Shown here one piece after another: positions 7,672-15,289 of a stretch of 31,850 nucleotides of DNA (the stretch's first letter is position 1; the number at the start of each line of letters is the position of its first letter). This DNA is from a virus (Duplodnaviria > Caudoviricetes): IMG/VR virus record IMGVR_UViG_3300044541_000026, positions 1-31,850 of that record; one strand, 5' to 3'. A model generated the notes under the pieces. It did not search any database. It worked only from the letters and a program-made list of their open reading frames with translations, and had not been told where the DNA came from. A program made the position numbers and the translations under genes.

Positions 7672-8006
7672 CAGTCGTCGATGTCGGCGCTGTCCGACTC
7701 GTCGCGCAGCCCGTCGAGCGGCAACGTCGGTTGTGCCGGGCCCACGTTGCGATGCAACCGAACCGCGTCGAGCATCTCGCCGACCACCCGCGCGTTATCG
7801 CCGTCGATCACTTCGATGTACACGAACCGAACGACGGGGATGTCGGGCTCGCCCACCTTGCGCGGTGCGTACGCGTGCGGCACGACCACGCCGACGATCA
7901 CGCGCGACGTCAGTTCGTCCTTCAGCAGATCGTCGTAGATGGCTTCGAGTCCGTTGTTGGGGCGCTCGTCCTTGGGGAACGTCCCGCTGATCCCTACTGC
8001 TGGCAT
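7671..8006 (-). CDS. Hypothetical protein with acidic C-terminal tail
   Basis: ATG at 8006 after CCGAGGAG; ends QPTLPLDGLRDESDSADIDD. Confidence 0.8.
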   Translation of the reverse strand: MPAVGISGTFPKDERPNNGLEAIYDDLLKDELTSRVIVGVVVPHAYAPRKVGEPDIPVVRFVYIEVIDGDNARVVGEMLDAVRLHRNVGPAQPTLPLDGLRDESDSADIDD

Positions 8007-8103
8007 GGCTTCTCCTCGGTGTCGCTGGTTGTTGGATTGTGGACCGTGCGGGTCACCATGTGAACCGGTCACGGGTCGTCAATTGAGCGTCAGGCGACGC
8101 CTG

Positions 8104-8364
8104 TCACGGGAACTTACGGCGCCACGACGCTGCGTCGGGGCACGTCGCAAAATGAGACACGTACAGGCGCACGTTGGGGTCCGCCGCTTGCTTGGCCAGG
8201 CGGTCAGCCAGCGACAGGTGCGTGGCGATCCAGTCGCGCCCGGCGCCCCGTTCGATCAGGTGGTCACCCTTGACGCTGGGCGCCTGGTCGAACAGGTGCA
8301 TTCGCCCGGTCGTACGCATCCGAGCCCAACGGGTCGGCGCACCGCACGAGCTGCAGTTGCTCAT
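8104..8364 (-). CDS. Small Zn-finger phage protein
   Basis: CSSCGA..RW...YVSHFATCP motif. Confidence 0.85.
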   Translation of the reverse strand: MSNCSSCGAPTRWARMRTTGRMHLFDQAPSVKGDHLIERGAGRDWIATHLSLADRLAKQAADPNVRLYVSHFATCPDAASWRRKFP

Positions 8365-8528
8365 CGCCGCCTCCTCGTGCCGGCGACGACCAGGCCGAGC
8401 CCGACCGCGACGACACCGAACAGCAGGCCGGCGAGCCAGTTCGGTGCGACCCCGTTGGGATCTAATACGGCGTTGATGCCGCTATACACAACGACGAACA
8501 CGATCGCCGCCACCCCGATCGCGCTCAT
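8361..8528 (-). CDS. Small two-TM membrane protein
   Basis: MSAIGVAAIVFVVV...WLAGLLFGVVAVGLGLVVAG-RRRR; ATGA overlaps on both sides. Confidence 0.7.
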   Translation of the reverse strand: MSAIGVAAIVFVVVYSGINAVLDPNGVAPNWLAGLLFGVVAVGLGLVVAGTRRRR

Positions 8529-8764
8529 CCCAGCCACCGATCCGCTCGCGCTCGCCAGTCGTGGATGTCGGTGGTGGTGACCGGTCGACCGGCGCGCATC
8601 GCGAGCATGATCTCCCGGGCGTCGATTACCAGCGATCGCGCGTCGGCACGCTCGGCACGCATCACGCGCAGCTCGGCGCCGAGCAGCTTCGAGCGACGCT
8701 TCCACCGACCCGGGCGCATCGCGTACAGGCCATCAACGATGTCCTCCCACATGTCGCGGATCAT
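8525..8764 (-). CDS. Hypothetical coiled-coil protein
   Basis: MIRDMWEDIV...; ATGA overlap. Confidence 0.65.
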   Translation of the reverse strand: MIRDMWEDIVDGLYAMRPGRWKRRSKLLGAELRVMRAERADARSLVIDAREIMLAMRAGRPVTTTDIHDWRARADRWLG

Positions 8765-8898
8765 GGCAGCACGATCCGGGCTCGGGCGTTGTCGCGGATG
8801 ATGTGCCAGCACTCGACGTGAAGCATCGTCCCCTTCACCATCACAGCGTTGACGCTCGCGATCGAGCGGTCACAGTGGGCGCAGATCCACATGGGCAT
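8761..8898 (-). CDS. Zn-finger microprotein (CxxC...HxxC)
   Basis: MPMWICAHC...LHVEC; TGATG coupling. Confidence 0.65.
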   Translation of the reverse strand: MPMWICAHCDRSIASVNAVMVKGTMLHVECWHIIRDNARARIVLP

Positions 8899-9281
8899 CA
8901 GGGGATCGCCCCGATCACGTCGTCGGTGAACATGTGCCCGCACAACAGGCACCACTCACGCTTACGGACGCCCGACACGATCGTGGTGACACCGGCGCGA
9001 CCACCGCGGCCCCGCTTAGTCAGCGACCACGAACGTCGCGCCCGGTTCGACTCAGGGTGGTCGCAGGTGGCCGCATCGCGGGCGAACCGCTTGGTGCCCG
9101 GGTCGAGCGGACGGCAGAACCCGCACCGCTCGACACCCTTACCGGCCAACTCTTCGATGATCTCGTCGACGGTCAGACCCTCGGCGAAGTACCACGACGC
9201 GACCTCGCCCGCACGGGCCGCCCGGGCGCACGTCCGCAGGTGCAGCATCTTGCCGTTCTTGGTGCGCACGTACACGGTCAC
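8898..9281 (-). CDS. Protein with an Ada-like metal-binding domain plus a second Zn finger
   Basis: GTG start in GTGA overlap; H...C...CGFCRP followed by CDH...CLLCG. Confidence 0.65.
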   Translation of the reverse strand: MTVYVRTKNGKMLHLRTCARAARAGEVASWYFAEGLTVDEIIEELAGKGVERCGFCRPLDPGTKRFARDAATCDHPESNRARRSWSLTKRGRGGRAGVTTIVSGVRKREWCLLCGHMFTDDVIGAIP

Positions 9282-9706
9282 GACGTCGCCTCCTCCGCGT
9301 GGTCGCTCGTGGTGAAGGTGCCCCACGTCGCATCGTTGGCGGCGAACTGCTCGGCCCAGGTGACATCCTGCTCGTGGTGGCGATGCATCATCAACGCTGA
9401 CGAGCGCATCTCGAACGGCTCGGGGTGCCAGTCGCCGCACGAGCAGTTCGCCAGCCACCGGCCGCGGTCGTTGCGCTGCCCCATGTGGTGCGTGCGTGCC
9501 GCTGGCTCGGCGTGGTTGGCGTTGATCCAGCATCCGGTACACAACACCCGCGGCACCAACGGGTGTGCGTCGCCCGGTGGGTTGAACGGGCGGCCGCAGC
9601 ACATCGCCAGACCGATCGAGTCGGCCAGATGCACCAGCAGCACCGGCTCATCGGGCATCAACCGCGCGCCACCCACCAGTGCCGACGGCATCGATTCCGC
9701 GTTCAT
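9278..9706 (-). CDS. Cys/His-rich hypothetical protein
   Basis: H...CCG...CTGC and CSCG.W...HRHH; ATGA overlap. Confidence 0.7.
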   Translation of the reverse strand: MNAESMPSALVGGARLMPDEPVLLVHLADSIGLAMCCGRPFNPPGDAHPLVPRVLCTGCWINANHAEPAARTHHMGQRNDRGRWLANCSCGDWHPEPFEMRSSALMMHRHHEQDVTWAEQFAANDATWGTFTTSDHAEEATS

Positions 9707-10098
9707 GACGGGTCCGCCTTGCTGATGTCGGGCCGCCGCTTGATGTACTCGACGATGCCCTCTATGAGCTTCTTGTCATTGACGCGGGTATCGCGCCACA
9801 TTTCGCCGTCGACGACCACAACGAAATGCGGCTTGTCGGGTAGCCACCGGAAATCGACCTCGCGCGAGCGTGGCGCCAGCGCGCTCGATGCCTCTTTCTC
9901 TGCCATGTTCTCGACGTTGTGTGGGCTCGCTTGCGCGCATTCGGGGTGCGCCAATTCGACCCCGGACTTACCCGGGATCATCAGCACCGACAGCTTTCTG
10001 CCCTGCTCCATATCGCGCAGGCACAGCCAGCAGATCGACGTCTTTCGCGCGTCCTCGGTCCGTATGACGCGGAACGATTCGGGCCTGGTGAAACTCAT
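9703..10098 (-). CDS. Hypothetical protein with PARP-type Zn-finger-like motif
   Basis: CWLC...HPEC; ATGA overlap with the RuvC-like gene. Confidence 0.7.
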   Translation of the reverse strand: MSFTRPESFRVIRTEDARKTSICWLCLRDMEQGRKLSVLMIPGKSGVELAHPECAQASPHNVENMAEKEASSALAPRSREVDFRWLPDKPHFVVVVDGEMWRDTRVNDKKLIEGIVEYIKRRPDISKADPS

Positions 10099-10643
10099 TT
10101 CGATCCTTCCTCGGGGGGCCAAGCCACGCCACTCAATGCGGCGCGGTTGAATGGGTTGCCGGGCAGCATCGGAACGCCCAGCTTGTCGGCGTACATCGCG
10201 CAGCACGCCAATGCGTCGGCGGCATTGTCATCGGGTGGGCACCACGGGAATAGGCGGGTGATCGCCACCAGGACCTCGGCCTTCTTGCCCGCCTTGCCGT
10301 TGACGTAGCGCTTGAGTGTTTCCGGTGGCACGACCGCGAATGGGATACGGCGCCGCCACAGGACGTGGGTGATCATCCACCACTGCCCGGCCCGCTCGTG
10401 GTACTTGCCGAAGCGTGACCCGAACGATGGGCCCTCGACCATCACCACGCACTCGGGTAGCTCGTCGATGTAGCCGCGGAAGATCGCCCGGCGGCACCAG
10501 GCGAGACGTTGGTGTGCGTCGAGCCCGGCGGGTGGTCGGATCACCTCGGCGAATCCGCCGCGGGCGGTCGACGCGATCCCGGTGGCGGTGAGGCTCAGGT
10601 CGAGCCCGACCACGCATTGACCAGCGAGCCCGGGCAGCGTCAT
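10095..10643 (-). CDS. RuvC-like Holliday junction resolvase
   Basis: VVGLDLSLTATGIA, VMVEG, V.P.TLKRYV.G and DNAADA acidic motifs. Confidence 0.88.
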   Translation of the reverse strand: MTLPGLAGQCVVGLDLSLTATGIASTARGGFAEVIRPPAGLDAHQRLAWCRRAIFRGYIDELPECVVMVEGPSFGSRFGKYHERAGQWWMITHVLWRRRIPFAVVPPETLKRYVNGKAGKKAEVLVAITRLFPWCPPDDNAADALACCAMYADKLGVPMLPGNPFNRAALSGVAWPPEEGSK

Positions 10644-11074
10644 CGCCGGACCACCTTCCGCGCACGCTTCCACCACTTGCGCAGCAACGCCTTCAACGTC
10701 ACCGGCGGCAGCGGCGGGGGCGTCCACGGGATCGGCTGGTTGTAGACCATGACCGGTTCGTGGCGCTCGTACGCCCGCCGTAACGCGCGGTCGAACGCGT
10801 TCGCGACCTCGACCATGCACGTCCGCGGTGGCAGGTTCTCGTCGACGTCGACGGGGATGCCGAACAACTGCGGCGGGCGCGACATCCGCTCATAGCGCTC
10901 GCGCTCGGTCTCCGCCGGCGGTGGCTTGTCGAGATCACCCGGCCGCCCCGATGCGTCGACCAGCTCGTCCCACACGTCCGGGCTGACCCGATAACGCGTG
11001 TCGGCGTGGTCACGCATCGGCACGTTCGCCTTCATGTCGTACAGGGCACGTAGGGCGTCCGCGTAGGCGGTCAT
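10640..11074 (-). CDS. Hypothetical protein with a capsid-like LFGIPV motif
   Basis: ATGA overlaps; SPDVWDELVDASGRP...QLFGIPVDVDENLP. Confidence 0.7.
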   Translation of the reverse strand: MTAYADALRALYDMKANVPMRDHADTRYRVSPDVWDELVDASGRPGDLDKPPPAETERERYERMSRPPQLFGIPVDVDENLPPRTCMVEVANAFDRALRRAYERHEPVMVYNQPIPWTPPPLPPVTLKALLRKWWKRARKVVRR

Positions 11075-11292
11075 GCGGATCGCTCCTCCCATCCGCTCAG
11101 ACGCTCAACCTCGACGCGGCGGTAGCGGATGCGCCCGGTCGGGGTGGGCACCCGCGTCAGTAGCCCCTTGCGTGACCATGCGTTGACCGTCTTTGCGTCG
11201 ACGCGGAACACCTCGCCGACCTCATCGGGTGTCATCAGGTCATGCGCCAGCAGCGCCCGGTGGATTGTGTTGGTGTCCGCGACGATGCCCAT
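11071..11292 (-). CDS. BldC-like (MerR/excisionase-type) HTH DNA-binding protein
   Basis: LMTPDEVGEVFRVDAKTVNAWSRKGLL....TPTGRIRYR closely resembles the BldC family. Confidence 0.85.
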   Translation of the reverse strand: MGIVADTNTIHRALLAHDLMTPDEVGEVFRVDAKTVNAWSRKGLLTRVPTPTGRIRYRRVEVERLSGWEERSA

Positions 11293-11387
11293 CACGACAC
11301 CGCCGGCGCGACGGTCGACCAGAACGCGCGCAGCATCGCGAGCGCCAGGTCGATCAGCCCGAGCAGCAGCGGGTAGACATGGCTCAT
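11292..11387 (-). CDS. 31-aa hydrophobic peptide
   Basis: MSHVYPLLLGLIDLALAMLRAFWSTVAPAVS; fills the gap exactly with start/stop overlaps on both sides. Confidence 0.55.
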   Translation of the reverse strand: MSHVYPLLLGLIDLALAMLRAFWSTVAPAVS

Positions 11388-11701
11388 GGCTTCACCTCCC
11401 GCACGATCCAACACATGATCACGCCGTGGTCGATCCACCGCCCGTACATGTGATCACCGCAGTACGCCCACCAGTTGTCGAGATACTTCTCCCACAACGG
11501 CGACCATCGGCGGCGGTTGAACTCGGCGACCGCCGGCATCCCACACGCGGTCGCGCGGTAGCCCGCGGCGGCGCGGCACCGCTTGTGTGTGGTCGCGTGG
11601 GCGGGGCGCCATTCGAGCGACGTCTCAGGCTCGGCAACGTACGCGTACCCCTCGGGCAGGTTCCCCGGTGGCGGGGCGGGTGCCCACGTCGGTCGACTCA
11701 T
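11384..11701 (-). CDS. Cys/Trp-rich hypothetical protein
   Basis: CR...CG.PAVA...WWAYC..H.YGR; ATGA overlap. Confidence 0.75.
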   Translation of the reverse strand: MSRPTWAPAPPPGNLPEGYAYVAEPETSLEWRPAHATTHKRCRAAAGYRATACGMPAVAEFNRRRWSPLWEKYLDNWWAYCGDHMYGRWIDHGVIMCWIVREVKP

Positions 11702-11919
11702 GGGGTCACCTCCCATCCGCTGCCCGGGCACGATGCCAGCGCGACCAGATCGACCAGGAGGTCGGCGGGATGCCAGCCACACCCGACACACACCCCGTCG
11801 TCAGCGCACGCCACACGACCATCACGGGCCACGCACGGCGTCATGTCGCCCTTAGCCCGGGGACACCCGACCATGCTGATGTCATGGTCGTATCGGCCAT
11901 AGCCGAGCAGCCCCCTCAC
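11698..11919 (-). CDS. Small Cys-rich protein
   Basis: CPRA...TPCVARDG...CVGC; GTGA overlap. Confidence 0.65.
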   Translation of the reverse strand: MRGLLGYGRYDHDISMVGCPRAKGDMTPCVARDGRVACADDGVCVGCGWHPADLLVDLVALASCPGSGWEVTP

Positions 11920-12125
11920 GACTTGCCTGCGATCTTGTCCGCGATGCGGCGCAACAGGTTGCGGGCATGGCGATCCGCGGTCTCTGCCTTGATCGCGACG
12001 ACGGGGAACACGCGACGGATGTCGACCGCGCGCGCGGCGTGGTCCGGCTTGATGCCGTCGCCGTAGCGACGCGGAGCGACGTCGCTCGGGCGGGTGCGGC
12101 GGTGCTGCGCGCGATGCTTACGCAT
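11916..12125 (-). CDS. Small basic hypothetical protein
   Basis: MRKHRAQHRR...; start overlaps the end of RecT. Confidence 0.55.
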   Translation of the reverse strand: MRKHRAQHRRTRPSDVAPRRYGDGIKPDHAARAVDIRRVFPVVAIKAETADRHARNLLRRIADKIAGKS

Positions 12126-13011
12126 GGCTCGCATCCTCGGGTGCGTCGGCCGGCTTGGCCGTCTCGGGCCACGGCTCGGGCTCGCCAACCATCTCACCGT
12201 CAATGACGTCGGGGTCGACGACGGGTGCGGTTGGTAGCTCAGCGAACGCGCCCGACGTCGCCCGGTCCAGCGACCGGTTCATCGCCTCGCGGTACTCGAC
12301 GGACGTGGGCACCATCGGTTCGAGCGCGTGGTACGCGGATTTCTTCCACATCGGCTCAGTGTTGGGCCCCTCCGCGGGATGGGGCGGGCCCCAGAACGCC
12401 TCCGTCTTCGCCATCCGCCGACGGCGCAGCACCGCCCACGTCGGCAACCACGCGACGACCGTGCCACCGGTGACCAGGTCCGCCCACGCGTACGCGACGA
12501 TCAGCGGGCCACGCGTGGCCGGGTCGTCGAACTCGTTGAACTCGTGGTGCGGCATGTGCATCGTCGTCGGGTTCCACCGACACACGGCGTCGTTGGCGCG
12601 GCCCACCTCTACGCCGACCTTGCGCACCCCACCGGATCGGTAGAAGCGGTTGATCAGGCCTTGGTACTCCTCGACGCCGGCGATCGCCCAGCCCTCATCC
12701 TTGTCGCGGAACGGGACCAGGGCGAACTGTCCACGGGTGACGACGTGACCCAGGTAGGCGCAGGTGCGTAGCGCCATGATGAACGCCGGCGGGTTCACCT
12801 TCGCCGCGACGCGTAGCTTGTCGTCGCGTCGCACCGCCGCCAACGCGAGGCCCATGAACGTCTCGGGCTTCACATGGTGCGGCATGATCGCGGCGAGGTC
12901 CTGCTCAAACTGGCGCAGCAGAACGCGCGTCTCTTCCACCTGCTGCTTCACCAGGTCCGTCGACGGTTTGCGGGGTGGCGCCGGCGGGCGTTGGCGTTGT
13001 TGTGCGGGCAT
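12118..13011 (-). CDS. recT: RecT-family single-strand annealing protein
   Basis: MP.H...E.F...AL..VR....L, ALVPF, YQGLI...YRSG and MWKKS motifs; acidic tail; downstream of YqaJ. Confidence 0.9.
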   Translation of the reverse strand: MPAQQRQRPPAPPRKPSTDLVKQQVEETRVLLRQFEQDLAAIMPHHVKPETFMGLALAAVRRDDKLRVAAKVNPPAFIMALRTCAYLGHVVTRGQFALVPFRDKDEGWAIAGVEEYQGLINRFYRSGGVRKVGVEVGRANDAVCRWNPTTMHMPHHEFNEFDDPATRGPLIVAYAWADLVTGGTVVAWLPTWAVLRRRRMAKTEAFWGPPHPAEGPNTEPMWKKSAYHALEPMVPTSVEYREAMNRSLDRATSGAFAELPTAPVVDPDVIDGEMVGEPEPWPETAKPADAPEDASHA

Positions 13012-13060
13012 GATCTTCTCCTTGGGTGGGTGGTATGGCGTGAAGCGATTAACCAGACGG

Positions 13061-13417
13061 TTAGACGGTCACCGCGGCCAGGCCCGCACGGAACCGCGCG
13101 ACGATCGCGTCAAGCTCGTCCATGTCGGCGCGTAGCTCGTCGACGAGCCGTTCGTCGACCTCGGCGAACGCGCGGTCGACGTCCGCGGCGACCGCATCAA
13201 CGGTGAAGCGGTAATTGCTCAGGATGGGCCGACACGGCGTCGCGGCGATCTGCGCCGCGGTTGCGCCGTGCGCGTGACTGGCTCGGAACACGCGCCGCCA
13301 CGCCCAGGCCGCCGTCAGCAGTGGAACGACGACGACCGCGGCGACGAGCCACGTCAGCAGCGAAACGGCGCCCAGCGTCGACGTCAGCCAGGCCCAGGTC
13401 TCGGTCACTAGAAACAT
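13061..13417 (-). CDS. Membrane protein with C-terminal coiled coil
   Basis: GAGGAGG RBS; N-terminal TM helix. Confidence 0.7.
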   Translation of the reverse strand: MFLVTETWAWLTSTLGAVSLLTWLVAAVVVVPLLTAAWAWRRVFRASHAHGATAAQIAATPCRPILSNYRFTVDAVAADVDRAFAEVDERLVDELRADMDELDAIVARFRAGLAAVTV

Positions 13418-13567
13418 GATTCGGTCCTCCTCGATAGATGCGATCCCACATGAACACGACGTCGCCGAGCGCCACCGACAGCGCCAGCGGGACCCGGCGG
13501 TGGGCGGCGACCATGGTGGCGGTCTGATCCGACAGCAGGATCATCGCCAGGGCACACCCGCGGCGCG

Positions 13568-13762
13568 TCATGGTCGACGCGCCCAGAAGTGGTCGACGCG
13601 GCAGGTGATCTCCGCGACGCGTGAGTCACCCGGAACGTGCGCCTGCCATAGGTAGTAGTCGCCGCGGACGCTGTGCACTCGCGCGATGAACCGGAACCGC
13701 GTGCGCCCGCGACGTCGCGGCTCGTCGTAGTCGAACCACGCCGGGTCGATCAGGCTGGCCAT
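13568..13762 (-). CDS. Hypothetical protein
   Basis: Coupled to the YqaJ stop codon; 64 aa. Confidence 0.55.
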   Translation of the reverse strand: MASLIDPAWFDYDEPRRRGRTRFRFIARVHSVRGDYYLWQAHVPGDSRVAEITCRVDHFWARRP

Positions 13763-14742
13763 CACGACTTCGCCCGTTGGATCTTGTCGACGACGTGGGC
13801 GCGATGCACCGACTCATCGACCTTGTACACCAGGTGATGCGCCACCATGCGGCCCTGCGGATCAGTCGCCCGACCCGCCGACCCCATCGCCGCCCGGACC
13901 TTGTTCGACGCGGCGGCGTGCCGCTCGGCAGCGTGGTCGCGCAGGATGCACGCCGTTTCGTACTCGTCGACCAGTGGCATCGCCAGCGCCACCGACAGCG
14001 ACTTGTCGACGTCGCCGGTCGACTGCCGCATCAACTCCGCCCGGGTCTCACGATGCCCATCGATCTCGGGGGCCTCACCGGATAGCGACGCGATGAACTC
14101 GCCCGCGTCGAGCAGGATGTCATCCAGCTCGGAGCGCTCGAACGTGATGTCGAACTCTAGGTAATGCTTCGATGGCGTGATCAGGGCGGCCAAGAATCCG
14201 CGGCGCACACCGAGCACGATGCACTGCCATGCGAGTTGGACGCGGAACATGTCGGGTGGGCCAGCCTCCCAGCGGTGCGGGTTCGCGTCCGTCTTCAACT
14301 CGACCGGAAAGATGATCCCGGGCTCGACGCGATCGACCGCGACCCGATCCGGGGTGGCCCGCGCCCAGTCGATCTCGGGGTGGGCGTACATGTGCGCCGG
14401 TGGCCGGGCAACGACAAGCGACGGATGTAGCTCGGCGAACTTGTCGGCGATGGCCGGTTCGAGCCGGGCGCCCCACTCCATCGCCTCGGTCGGTTCGAGA
14501 TCGACCAGCGATGAGCCGGGCTGCTTCTGCCACCACAACGCGAACCGCGAGGAGTGCGCACCCTCGCACCCGAGGATCGTGGCGATGTCGGACGAGCCGA
14601 TGCCCTCCTGACGCAACGCGAGCCACCGAAGGCGCTGCATCGCGGCACGGGTCGGGTTCGATTTGTGGTTGGCCCACTTGGGCATCAACTCGCGGGCGCT
14701 CGTCGCGGCGTAGACAGCCTGGGCGAACTGGTGCGGCGTCAT
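13762..14742 (-). CDS. YqaJ-like viral recombinase exonuclease (lambda exo family)
   Basis: WL.LR..GIGSSD, MEWG..LE, ATPDR, VELKT and Q..WQ motifs. Confidence 0.92.
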   Translation of the reverse strand: MTPHQFAQAVYAATSARELMPKWANHKSNPTRAAMQRLRWLALRQEGIGSSDIATILGCEGAHSSRFALWWQKQPGSSLVDLEPTEAMEWGARLEPAIADKFAELHPSLVVARPPAHMYAHPEIDWARATPDRVAVDRVEPGIIFPVELKTDANPHRWEAGPPDMFRVQLAWQCIVLGVRRGFLAALITPSKHYLEFDITFERSELDDILLDAGEFIASLSGEAPEIDGHRETRAELMRQSTGDVDKSLSVALAMPLVDEYETACILRDHAAERHAAASNKVRAAMGSAGRATDPQGRMVAHHLVYKVDESVHRAHVVDKIQRAKS

Positions 14743-14930
14743 GAGGTGGCCACATTCCGGGCGGCCCACGCTTCACGCGATGCGACGATGCGGGCGTTGA
14801 TGCGCCCACGGTGCGGGCGGGGCAGGTTCGTGCGGTAGGGGCTGCGTACGTTCTCGCGGGTGTCCAGGCACGGACGCCCATCGCTGGCGCCGCAGGTGTG
14901 ACACGGCTCGTAGTTGCGCCAGTGGGTCAT
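14739..14930 (-). CDS. Zn-finger microprotein
   Basis: CHTCGA..GRPC...PH..R; ATGA overlaps. Confidence 0.75.
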   Translation of the reverse strand: MTHWRNYEPCHTCGASDGRPCLDTRENVRSPYRTNLPRPHRGRINARIVASREAWAARNVATS

Positions 14931-15154
14931 GAAGTCACCTCGTCGCGGACCCAGCCGGCGAGCAGGTCGCCGAGCATGTCGTATGTCAGCTCGACCGAGC
15001 CGCCATCGTCGGCGACGTCGGCGGCGACGACGGTCGCATCACCGATCGGGCGACCGTTCAACGTGATCGGCACCGTGGTACCGATCGCGTTGTCGAACGC
15101 ATGGGGCGCGAATCGCTCGTGGTCCTCGGCTCGCACCCGGAATGAGTAGCGCAT
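14927..15154 (-). CDS. Hypothetical protein resembling a prohead-protease N-terminal fragment
   Basis: GAGGAGG RBS; ERFAPHAFD..IG..VP......IG...DDG. Confidence 0.7.
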   Translation of the reverse strand: MRYSFRVRAEDHERFAPHAFDNAIGTTVPITLNGRPIGDATVVAADVADDGGSVELTYDMLGDLLAGWVRDEVTS

Positions 15155-15178
15155 GATCCTCCTCGGGGGGTGGGTAGC

Positions 15179-15279
15179 CCCGTGGCCGCCGCCAGACGGG
15201 GTGGCTTGGCGGCGACCACGGGTGTCTTTAGAGCCCGGGGCGGGTGGCGGTTTCACGGGGCAGCACCACCCGGCCCGGG
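15179..15279. terminator. Twin GC-rich hairpins (15179-15222 and 15234-15279)
   Basis: 16-bp and 14-bp stems with one mismatch each; both loops contain ACGGGG. Confidence 0.65.
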
Positions 15280-15289
15280 GGTTGAACAC

